Part shown: positions 52,634 to 64,000 of the stretch, one piece after another
How the letters are laid out: the number at the start of each line of letters is the position of its first letter
How positions within the stretch are numbered: the stretch's first letter is position 1
Assembly (NCBI RefSeq): GCF_006345805.1
Contig: NC_042999.1
Span: 134,354,001-134,418,000, forward strand
Direction of reading: 5' to 3'
Source: Octopus sinensis
Lineage: Eukaryota
Length of the DNA stretch: 64,000 nt
Notes under the pieces: generated by a model
Databases searched by the model: none
Told to the model about the DNA's origin: nothing
What the model saw: only the letters and a program-made list of their open reading frames with translations
Translations under genes and position numbers: made by a program

Positions 52634-52688
<55 letters not shown>

Positions 52689-55385
52689 TGTGTGTGGTGT
52701 GTGTGTGTGTGTGTGATAATGATTGTATTTGTCCCCGCTTGACAAGCTGCGTTGGTTTATTTACGTTTCTCTCTCTCTCTCTCTTTCTCTCTCTTGCTCT
52801 TCCTTTCTCTACGCCATATCAATAGCGGACATTGACTTCGATCGGAAAGCACTGTATGTCTTTCACTTGAGTTTCCTTGTCTACGGTTCTTGGACTAGCT
52901 GTAACGTAGTACAAGTCATCCACTCGTGTGAATGACCGTTAGCTCACATAGAGCTGATCTGTCCTTTAACAGGTCTTGATTTTGGTCCTGCAGAGTGCCC
53001 ACAAGTCAGGTGGGGGAGCTGGTTTAGTTACCGGCCACCCAACCATTAAACAAGTAGTACTGGGTTACATTATATTATTAGCGACATTTTCCTGACCTGA
53101 CCCAAAGAAACGTTCCCCTTAACTAGCGGCTCGGCAAAAGACACCGACAGAATAAGTATCAAGCTTTAAAAAAATAAGTACAGGGGTTGATTTGTTCGAC
53201 TAAACTCCTCAAGATGGTGTCCCAGTATGGCTGCAGTCCAATGACTAAGACAATTAAAAAATTTGACAGCTTGATATAAACATTCCAGCTTTAAACGTAC
53301 ATCATCGTGCTACCTAATTATAGTAAGGTGGCGTGAGTACAAGAGGTGACAACTTTAATTAGGTAGAGTTAGCTGTACGAGGTCTTGAAGAGTTAAGTGT
53401 CTCAGACAGGGAGTTAATAGTTAACACTGGCTACTAGACTAACAGTCTAAGAACACAGCTAGAAATGATTGTCACACACAAAATGAAATCAATCTCAAAC
53501 ACTGATATTCTAATCAGGCTGTAAAGCAATCGTACGTTAACTGGACAGTGGCTCTGCCCTGGAGAGGGGTTGATGTGAGCTTACAAAGGGCTCTGTTGCG
53601 TTTAGGATGTGATTTTCGTTAGGAATAAATTGCTTAGAAAGGACTCAGATTATTGCGCTATATATATAAAAAGATGAAATGGTCAAGGCTGATTTGTTTT
53701 TTATGTTTAGTGAAACTAAGCCGACTTTTTGTGTTAACTAATAACAGTGCCTCTGAGTGGCCATTCAAATAGCAAGAAATAACCGCCAGATAGCCCTAAA
53801 ATCAAACACCTTAGTCATAAAAAGGAAGAAAACATCGGAAAGAGATGTTCCTCATGTATAAGCAGTTCTTGTTTATTGTCTTAGCTGTTTCATTAACTGT
53901 GGTCCTTACCAAACCGTATAAGCATGCATACTCGCATTTAGATGTATGCCCCGTGTACATGTCTATATTGATAGGAAGACGTGCCTATACACATATGAAG
54001 ACATACATATTAACATACGAAGACACACCCATACATGCACATATACAGAAATACCAATACTCATCTTGAATGATCTGTGATGCAGAAAAAACTGGTGAGC
54101 GCAACTATATATAACTTACTTTCTATGCCCTGCTACTCTTTTAGCATTATGTTACCTGTCTTACTGTGAATTCTTTTCAAGCACATTTCTATGTATTTAC
54201 CATGTTAATGTAAATGATAATGAACGCATAAGTATCCGCTCGTCTTCTTAATACTCACGTGTGTCTAAAGGCATTTCGAATGGAGTTGGTGTTAATGTGC
54301 TGCAGCGATACACGTATTATATTCGTGTGAGGATACGTAAGAGGCCGTGAGTTTAGAGTAATAAAGTGTTAAACATGTCGGTTTATGATGCAGTGATATT
54401 ATCAGAACTATACATGCTATTTGATATATTGATATTGTCATCTGATAAAATGTTAAGGTTTCTGAGTATGATGTAAAATAATCAGCAGGGAATGTTATGA
54501 TAAACAAGTATGCTAAAACATTCAGTGAGTTTGAAACTTTCAGGTGGTTTATGACGTAAATTTGCTAGACAGAGGGCGGTGATGCATTCAATAGAGAGAA
54601 AACATAGTAGAACTATTTTATTTTAATATTTCTAGGTTTTGTTGGGGCGCGCGGCTTAGGGGTTAGGGTCTTGGACTCATAATCGTTGTGTTCTTGAGCT
54701 ATCCAGTCCATTCAGCTGGCAAAAATGAATAATTTTGCAACCGACTGGCGTTCCGTCCAGGAAGAAATATATGTACCAGGAAAACCGGTCCTATGAGCTG
54801 AGGCTGCGAGCCGGCAGAATCGTTAGCATGCTGGGCAATATGCTTAGCGGCCTTTCATCCCTTCTTTACGTTCTAAGTTCAAATTCCGTTGGAGTCAGCT
54901 TTGCCTTTCATCGATAGAATAAGTACCACTAGAGTACTGGGTCGATGTAATCGACTAGCCCCTCCCCCAATATTTGAAGCCAATATTTCTAAGTTCTGAG
55001 TCCAATCTTCATGAGGGTACATCTCATTTTTTCACATTGTTGAGGACAATAGAATATACACCTGTGCTATACTGGAATTGATTCAATTCACATTTTCTTG
55101 TTAAAAGAAATCAATATTACCTTTGATTAAGGTGGTGAACCGGTAAAATCGTTAGCACGCCGAGTAAAATGCTTAGCGGCATTTCTCCCGTCCTTACGTT
55201 CTGAGTTCAGATTCAGCCGAGGTCGACTTTGCCGTTCATCCTTTCGGGTTGATAAAATGAGTACCAGTTGAGCACTGGTATATAAATACCAGTTGAAAAC
55301 TCATATATATTTTCCATGTTAAAGAAATTTTTTAAACCTCGCCTTTATATAGTTTGTGAAGGTTTTAGTTGTGAATTGTTGAGAA

Positions 55386-55605
55386 CAGTGGTTTCCAACT
55401 TTTTTTTGGCCTAAGGAGCCCTTTGATTCCTATTTTACTTTATTGGACCTCCATAGGTCCAACGTATACTAAAAAAAATCCTAATGTATTTTTATAATTA
55501 AATATTATTAGGCATTGTAAAAAACAAAAAAGAATGAAAATTAAAATATTTTGTGTATTGTAAAAGTAGAGGCAATTTATTGCAAATAAATTTTAACAAA
55601 ATCAG
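55386..55605 (+). mobile_element. hAT-like MITE fragment
   Basis: Begins cagtggtttccaac; homologous to the 8912 and 12035 copies. Confidence 0.55.
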
Positions 55606-57345
55606 GGCAATTAGTTTAGGAGTGCAACAGGCTTTGTGTTGAGTATTTCATTGATAAGTGTAGTGATTATTTATTTATTTATTTTGTGCTGTTGAAGAAG
55701 ATTAGTTCGTCATATGTATAGAAAGGCGTTTCGAAGGTCTTTGTTTATGGATGTAGTACTTATCCATTAAGCGTCTCTATTATAAAGGGCTCATTCTAGT
55801 ATGTGAAAGACTAAAAAGAAGTGAAAAGTGATATCATTTGCTAAAGTGTATTTTTACTAGACATATGTCATTTATCCAAATATAGTAACCTAAATGAAGC
55901 CTGGAATGCACTAGAGTCAATGAAATGCGTGCCACAGAGAGCTCGACATAGACCTTCCAGCAACTGGTGGAATCTATAAACGGACAATTTTTCTAGATTT
56001 CAGCACCTCACAACTTAGAAACTTTGTTGAACTCTGTAGCCTCAATATTGCTATCACCGGACTTCTGAAGGGTAAGAAAGCACTAGAATGGGATACATGA
56101 GAGTAGATGCAGGGGTTTGTATTAAAGATATATTCCAAGATGTTTGAGCAATGGTCAAAAGTCGCATTAAGTCCTTCCGTGCACCTCTGACATATACCAT
56201 TTAGTTTCATCAAATTTCTGATAATAACTTCTGATAATTTTTCTCCATTGGGGCATTTCATGCACAAGCAAAAAAGAGTGATTTTCGTTTTAATTTCGAA
56301 ATATGAAGAAATCATTGAATTAAGAAATAAGAAACAAAAATAAATAGAAGAATCATACCCGACATAAATGATTTGAATTATATAGATATTGAAATACAAT
56401 TACAGTTTGATGTGTTAATTCAGATGTCCTTTTGAATCAGATGTCTTCTAGAACGTTCACAGGATATAAAAATAAAAACTATCCATGAAAACACACAAGA
56501 AATATTTCAGATCAATAATGTATATTTTTAGTCTTGACTTTACAATTCCAGAAATGAATACTTAGAAGTGTCACTTTTCGGTATATTTTAGGTCTCATGT
56601 ATAGAATTTTTGCAGGATAGGTATAATTAGGATAAATGTATGAAGACGCCATTTTTCGCCTGCGGTGATTGTAATCAGTAAGTTTCGTGAGAAAATGAGT
56701 CAAACAAAACACATGTTTATTGGAGACAATGAGAAAATTAATGAGAACAAAAGACACCGAAATATATAAATAGAAAAATAATGTAAGGTAGATTGTTAGA
56801 TGTATGAATATTGTAGCGTTGGTGGCAACAACTAATATTTAATAATGACAACAAAGTGAATTTATTGCTGGAAACAAAATATAATAATAACGATATCTTA
56901 CACAGACATAAGCCATAAATTTTCTGTGAGGAGGAGAAGAACAAGGAAGTGGACAACAAGAAAGAGGAGGAAGAAGTACTGCTGATTATATTAACCACAA
57001 TACTTCAATGGTACCTATTTTATCGGCCTCCGGAAAGATAATGGCGAAATTGGCAGAATTTACGGTACGTTTAGGGACGTATCTAAACATCACAAAACAC
57101 TTCATCTGATGCTCCACCGAGTATACCAACAACCACTCAAATAATAAGGATTTTTAATGTAGGCACAGATTTCATAAATTGTGGGGAGAGTTATGGTCGA
57201 CTGACTCATCTTCCAGTACATTACTGGTTACATTTTACCAACTGCGGATGATTGAAACAGAGTTGACTTCGGTAGGGTTTGAAAATTAACCGAAACAACT
57301 TAAAATCGCCTGGTATTTAATCCGTAACTCTACTATTTCGTCCAG

Positions 57346-57418
<73 letters not shown>

Positions 57419-57431
57419 TCTCTCTCTCTCT

Positions 57432-57478
<47 letters not shown>

Positions 57479-58032
57479 CCTCTCTATTTATTCATCCATC
57501 TCTAGTTCTCATTAACGTGCTAACGTTACTTATGCAGAAGCCGAATCGCTAGCCACGGTGCTCTCTTTGCAACAAATTAATTTGATACTTTGGCTCACCG
57601 ACACTCAAATACATTCTCTTCTCTTTCGATCCAAACCCACACTTTGCCACACAACACCACTACCATTACCCCCATCAATAGCTAATAAAGAAGAACCTCG
57701 TCACCTGCTACGGAAAACATCTCAGTTTCATACTTTTAATTCAGTCAGCTTGGACATATTTTTCTTTTCTCTTCTTTTCTTTTGCTCTGTTGGTTTATAT
57801 AATACTTTGTTCCATTATCTTTGAAAGCAAATATATTAAACACATTACCAATCTGAGACAGCAAACTAGGTTACCAGAACCATAAGTACCATTTTGCCAT
57901 CTTTCACAAAACCATCCCTTATAACCACAGAAATCAGCAAAGTGGATTACACGAAGTTTTGCCGCTGCAATCCAGGCAAACAATACTGCTGCAACACCTG
58001 GACGAAGGATCCTATCCGCTACAGCTGGGAGG

Positions 58033-58073
<41 letters not shown>

Positions 58074-58166
58074 TTAGAGACAAAACCACTATTATGCAAA
58101 TCAAACAAAGAAAGACTTAATCCAATACATAAAAAATTTTATATAAATTAAATAAAATTAAGTTAT

Positions 58167-58212
58167 CCACTACAATTGTTTCTTGTCACTTCTAAGGACA
58201 TTCATCAGGTGG
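58167..58212 (-). ncRNA. Minimal type I hammerhead ribozyme motif, same family as 27742
   Basis: Minus strand: ccac-CTGATGA-aTGTC(cttagaagt)GACAa-GAAAC-aatt-GTA-gtgg; palindromic stem III ACAATTGT; A.A mismatch at the base of stem II. Confidence 0.7.
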
Positions 58213-58342
58213 TTTTCAGACCTTCTATTCAATTTTAGTCTCTAATTAATTATTATATAATATTTTACTATAAAATTGGATTCAATCCTAAATCTGATTT
58301 TTCCCTGTAAATTTGGATTTATTCCCTAATATTTATTATTAT

Positions 58343-58427
<85 letters not shown>

Positions 58428-58559
58428 CTACTACAAAATCTACAAAATTGTACTCTGAAAGGCAAAGGATGCCTTCGTGCAAGCTCTTCGAACACACAAA
58501 ATGCAACATAGATTCAGGATCCCTGCCAAGAAGGTCTCTACGTCCTTTGAAAAATCTTG

Positions 58560-58980
58560 TGTAGTAAGAAGCTCGCTTCCCAACCAGATGGTTCCAGGTT
58601 CAGTCTCACTGCGTGGCACCTTGGGTGAGTGTCGTCTACTATAACCTTGGGCCAATCAAAGCCTTGTGTGTGGATTTGGTAGACGTAAACTGAAGGAAGC
58701 CTGTCGTATATGTGTGTGTGCGTGCGTGCGCGTGCATGTGTGTGTGTGTCACTGTGTCTGTGTTTGTCCCCCGATCATCGCTTGACAACCGGTGTTGGTG
58801 TGTTTACGTCCCCTGTAACCTAACGGTTCGGCAAAAGAGATCGATAGAACAAGTACTAGGATTCCAAAGAATAAGTCCTGGGGTCGATTTCTTCGGCTAA
58901 AACCTTTTAAGGCAGTACTCCAGCACGGCCACAGTCAAATGACTGAAATGTGTAAATGAAAAAAAAGAATAAAAGAATAC
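58560..58980 (+). mobile_element. SINE family A
   Basis: Homologous to 49584-49985. Confidence 0.85.
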
Positions 58981-59144
58981 AATTCATCAACAAAGATAGC
59001 TCTATTTAATAAGAGTCATTCATTTGCTGTTCGTTTCATCTCCAGCTCCTCATTGCTGGAAAAAGTTCATCAGAGCTCTGCTCTCCTCTCACAGTACTAA
59101 TCGCCACGTATAAAATTCATTCTATCACTTCAAACCTACTTGAT

Positions 59145-59403
59145 GCATCGAACTTTGGTGTCATGAGTTAAACCAGTTACCGAAATCGACGTCACTGCAC
59201 TGTTCCAAAGGTTCCGCTCATTCCATCTAGGGTAAATACCAGGTATTGTAATATCTTGGGATTCGAATGCCCACAGTTATTTAATATCTTGCCAGAAGGT
59301 CTGAGAGTCCTACATGGAATGGGTTTAGAAGTTTTTAAGAAATGACTTAACCTCCTTTTGTCCAAGGTCCCTCATGTACTTACATCACAGCGAGACTCAA
59401 AAA
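59145..59403 (+). mobile_element. Older, different CR1/L2-type LINE 3' relic
   Basis: Translates as RHCTVPKVPLIPSRVNTRYCNILGFECPQLFNILPEGLRVLHGMGLEVFKK*LNLLLSKVP, resembling the (G)PQLFNxLP...FKxxLDxxLxxVP C-terminus of CR1/L2-group ORF2. Confidence 0.7.
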
Positions 59404-59638
59404 TCAATCACGAAAGAACGATGTTTGAAAAAGTGATAATACAAGCGGTGCTCCAGCATGGCTACAGTCTTTGGGCTGAAACGCACGAAAGAAAGATATT
59501 AAAATAATGTGTGTGTGTTCGGGCTAAATTTGACAGTTTGTTTAAAAGGAAAAGAAAACACATTATGCCATCCCAAAATAAAAGTATTTTTTAAAAAGTC
59601 AAAAGATATCAACTAGATTATGGCTGGGAGATAGCAGA

Positions 59639-60020
59639 TTATTCAAAGTAGCCTCTCTCAGCTTCCACCACGGTCTCAAGACAGCTTCGAAAGCTGATGC
59701 ATGCTTTTCTCACTGTGAGCCTAGGAAGATCTTCGAATACCCCCTTGATCTTGACTACCAACTCCACCATGGTGTTGCAGGCAGAGTAGTTTGTATCTTT
59801 CTCAACCGCGTCTCACACATAATAATGAATGGGATTGCAATCAGGCGAGTTAGGAGGTTAGAAATTGGGGCTGGTGAGGTCGCAGAAATCCTCCGACACC
59901 CACATCTGACTCTTCCCGGAGGTATAGCGCGGAGCCGAACCCAGCTGTCACATATATGGCCTTCCAGCAACGCTCTCCAGCCAGAGTTTGACCACAATCT
60001 GCAGCAGTTCCACACAGCCA
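59639..60020 (-). pseudogene. Tc1/mariner-superfamily transposase DDE/D C-terminal relic (maT-like, tentative)
   Basis: Translates as VKLWLESVAGRPYM*QLGSAPRYTSGKSQMWVSEDFCDLTSPNF*PPNSPDCNPIHYYV*DAVEK...VVEAERGYFE*, containing the (W)PPNSPDCNP motif; 3 in-frame stops. Confidence 0.85.
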
Positions 60021-60133
60021 TCTGAATTGGGTCTGTGACTCTGGTCCTGCAGTTGTTGGGGGAATTCCGCCGCGCAAGCGCAGTCATAACGTCTGCGGTG
60101 TCACTTTCTACTGGTAGAACACCCACCCCACCT

Positions 60134-60391
60134 ACTATCACTTCTTTCTACAACTGAAGAAATACCTCAAGGGAACGAAATTTCACTCCGATTCGGAAGT
60201 GATCGGTGCTACAGAGGCCTGGCTGGAGGCTCAACCTTCCGAGTTTCCTTTTACAGCGCTTAGAAAAACTGAAGGACCAGTGCAGTAAGTGTTGTGAATC
60301 TGAGCAGGGAATATGTTGAATAAAATCATAATTAACTGATCCTCCTATATTTTCTTTTGCCCAAAGCCAGGAACTTTTCAGCACCCCTCGT

Positions 60392-60392
<1 letters not shown>
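60134..60392 (+). mobile_element. Mariner 3' end (transposase C-terminus + right TIR)
   Basis: YHFFLQLKKYLKGTKFHSDSEVIGATEAWLEAQ...LEKLKDQCSKC/VNLSREYVE*, ending in agccaggaacttttcagcacccctcgtg followed by TA. Confidence 0.8.
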
Positions 60393-60442
<50 letters not shown>

Positions 60443-62337
60443 TGTAATTTTAGTCTGCTATCCTTTTCTCCAGGTACTGAGTTGCGGTCATGCTAGGGAA
60501 CCGTCTTTAAGGGTTTAGTCGAGCACTCCGACCCCGTTAATTATTTTTAAGTGCAATACAAAGTACGTATAGAATACCAGTCAAATACTAAGATCAATAA
60601 CATCGACTAATCTTCACCTCTCAAAATTACTACTTTTGTACCGAAATTTGAAACTATTATCATTATTGCTAAAATCGTTAAAGCGCCGGAGAAAATGCTT
60701 AGCGGCATTTTATCCGTCTATACATTCTGAGTTCAAATTTCTCTGACGTTGACTTCGCCTTCTATCCTTTCGGGGTCAATGAAATAAGTACCAGTCGCGT
60801 GCAGGGGTCGATGTAATAGACTTCCCTTTTCCCCAATATTTCAAATTTTGTACCTGTAGTAAAAAAAGATTTAAAAAGTGCATTGCATTACATTTAACCA
60901 AGACAGTCGATGTCAATTCGTGTACAAAGTAGGTCGGTATGTATCTTTTATCTTTCATCTTTCACTTGTGTTAGTCCCTGGTCAGTGGCCATGCTGGTGC
61001 ACCCCCTTCAAATGTGTTCAGTCGAACGAATCGCTCCATGTACTTATTTTTAAACCCTAATATTTATTATATCAGTCTCTACTCTTTACCAAACAGCTCT
61101 GTTACGGGGACGTAAACAAAAACACACCGGTTGTCAAGCGGCGGGCAGGACAAAGACAGATACAAACACACACACACACACACACACACAACACACACAC
61201 ACACACACACACACACACGTACACACACACACACACACACATACACATATTCGGTTGGCTTTTTTCAATTTCTGTCTACGAAACCCACTCACAAGACTGC
61301 CACGCAATGAGACTGAACCCAGAACCATGTGATTGGGAAGCAACTTTCTTACTATACTGCTGTGCCATGTAAAATTCTTTCACACATATTTAACGAAATA
61401 GAACACTGAAAAATAGAATCAGAGAAAAGAAAAAAGGGATATGGGCAGTTTGCCAAAGAGAAAATGCAAAAATTGCGTTGTGCAGCAATATGCTATGAAG
61501 TGCACTAAACAGTTAGAATTAACTTACGCTAATTAATCCAAGTTGTTGTTTTGTATTCTGATTCGTTTTTACCAGACTAATCTTCCATAAAGAGGCGGAA
61601 AATACAGCAAAAGAAATATAAGCGTAATTTTCTTTTTCTTATAGAACAGACGAGAATGACCAAAGGTTATGTAAGCATTCCTTTATTATGCTACTGCCTA
61701 ATGAGATCATTAACAGGCGCATCGAACTTCGTATTCTTCAGATCTTTAATGGGTTCGCAGCAAGAGCGGCAAGGAGTTCACCAGATGTCTATTTTCCCCT
61801 GGAGATGAATAGTGGGAGGGGAGGCGGAATAACTAGAAACGACGAAAATAAGCATGAAGACATTTATAAACTAATTCTTTCCTTAGAACAACATTGGAGG
61901 CATGATTTCGTATAATACAAACTATCAAATCGCTTTCTTCCCCTTCAATTATACAACATCAAAATGCTCATAAAAAAGGAAGCTTGTTAAAAGACCAAAG
62001 GGAAGCGAATTATTTATTATAATTTCATGTAACCATATCTAGGCACAGACGGCGCTACTGCAACAATAAACCGCGAATCTTTTTATAGCGAATTATTTGC
62101 CTATAGTTTTATAATTCTTTCTATTTCTCTTCAGTAGAAATGGGTGCGGTGCTTTTCAACGGAACAGCTAAATTTCTGTCTCACTTCATCTTCAGGCTAA
62201 TATAATGATTCCATAATTAGAATCTTCGCCATTCGTCTTCTCTTACGTTAGTGTGGTCAGTGAAGCGATGTGAGCTAGAATGACCAGCTGAACCTTTATA
62301 AATTTCGTCCTTCAGTGGATACTAACTTAATAGAACA

Positions 62338-62430
<93 letters not shown>

Positions 62431-62660
62431 TTGAGAGAAAGAGAGAGAGAAAGATAATATAGATAGATTGATAGATAGATATACAGGTAAATGTATGCGT
62501 TTGGGTGTGTTTGATCACAGAGCTGCGAACATATCAAGAGTTTACCGATGTATTTAGATCTGTCTCCCCATTTGTATATCATATATGTGCATGATTGTAT
62601 GTGTGTGTATGCGTGCATGTATGCATATGTGTGTATATGCATATGTGTGTATGCGTGTGC

Positions 62661-62725
<65 letters not shown>

Positions 62726-63414
62726 TATATATATGAATATATATATATTATCATAATAATAAATATATACATATATATATATAATATATACATACTCATA
62801 TACTTACACACACACATGCATACAAACGCACACATATAGCTGTGTATTTGTATGTTTGTATGTATGCATACATATGTATGTTTTATGTAATCGGAGGACG
62901 AAAATGATATGCATCCCATATCTTTGTAGATCCTACTCCACTCCAAAACTTGTAGGCTCGTTACCTTGATGCGCATAGAATATTCTCACATGGTTACGTA
63001 TAAACATCCTTATACATATATGCTTTCATACACACATACCTATATAGTTACATACCTGTGTACATAGACACATAAATAGACACGTACGTACATACATACA
63101 TACATACATACATACATACATACATAAAAATAGGTAGATAGATGCATACACACACATACATAAAGATAGATAGATACATACATACATACATACATACATA
63201 CATACATACATACATACATACATACATGCATACATACGGACGAACGGATGTACATAAACATGTGTGCAGCGCAATTACGGGCATTTCTGCAAAAACACTC
63301 ATGAGCAGACATACAGGTACACTAAGCTTTTGTAAATCTTAGGGGCAGGAAAAACAATTTGATATGATTAACTCTTAAAGACTTGATGCACAACTTAAGA
63401 ACAAGATACATATT

Positions 63415-63645
63415 TACTTTTTTACTCTTTTACTTGTTTCAGTCATTTGACTGTGGCCATGCTAGAGCACCGCCTTTAGTCGAGCAAATCGACCCCAGGA
63501 CTTCTACTTTGTAAACCTAGTACTTATTCTATCGGTCTCTTTTGCCGAACCTCTACGTTACGGCGACATAAACACACCAGCATCGGTTGTCAAGCGATGT
63601 TGGGTGGGGACAAACACAGACACCCAAACATATACACACACATAC

Positions 63646-63676
<31 letters not shown>

Positions 63677-63677
63677 G

Positions 63678-63714
<37 letters not shown>

Positions 63715-63903
63715 ATATTATATATATATATATATATATGACGGGCTTCTTGCAGTTCCGTCTACCAAATCCACTCACAAGGCATTGATCGGCCCGAGGC
63801 TATAGTAGAAGACACCTGCCCAAGGTGCCACGCAGTGGGACTGAACCCGGAACCATGTAGTTCGTAAGCAAGCTACTTACCACACAGCCACTCCTACGCC
63901 TAT
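63415..63903 (-). mobile_element. SINE family A, full length
   Basis: Homologous to 12351-12753. Confidence 0.9.
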
Positions 63904-64000
63904 ATTTGTGATACATTTATTCCAAAGGCCTATCATTACTCCCAGAGTATAGCCATGGACAATACCAAATCGATAGCTGTGTTTTTTGCTCAAAACATCG

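Noticed and set aside
59025-59080. Minus-strand CTGATGA...GAAAC hammerhead candidate
   Set aside because: No GUH after stem III and no stem I; similar failures at 30421-30465(-), 27331-27355(+) and 1400-1450(-).

Overview
AT-rich, microsatellite-dense eukaryotic genomic DNA, most likely an octopus (inferred from the tRNA-derived SINE families and simple-repeat load, not verified by search). It holds one host coding exon: the large terminal exon of a NET-family zinc-finger gene (NocA/Elbow/ZNF503/ZNF703 type, minus strand, 23743-25293). That exon starts at a splice acceptor, and I could not find its first exon. The rest is a gene desert of transposon debris: a young 5'-truncated CR1-clade LINE with one frameshift plus a second 3' fragment, several Tc1/mariner relics and MITEs, three SINE families, minisatellites and a Penelope-like (PLE) RT fragment. 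The most notable pattern is a set of short elements, mostly embedded in (TA)n, that carry minimal type I hammerhead ribozyme motifs. Three have a complete fold, several are degenerate, and one has a compensatory U3-A8 core. These families are repeatedly found as fold-back inverted duplications, including a 458-bp palindrome with a 2-nt centre (one hammerhead per strand) and a perfect 95-bp-arm hairpin. Almost all ORFs in the supplied track are microsatellite artefacts.
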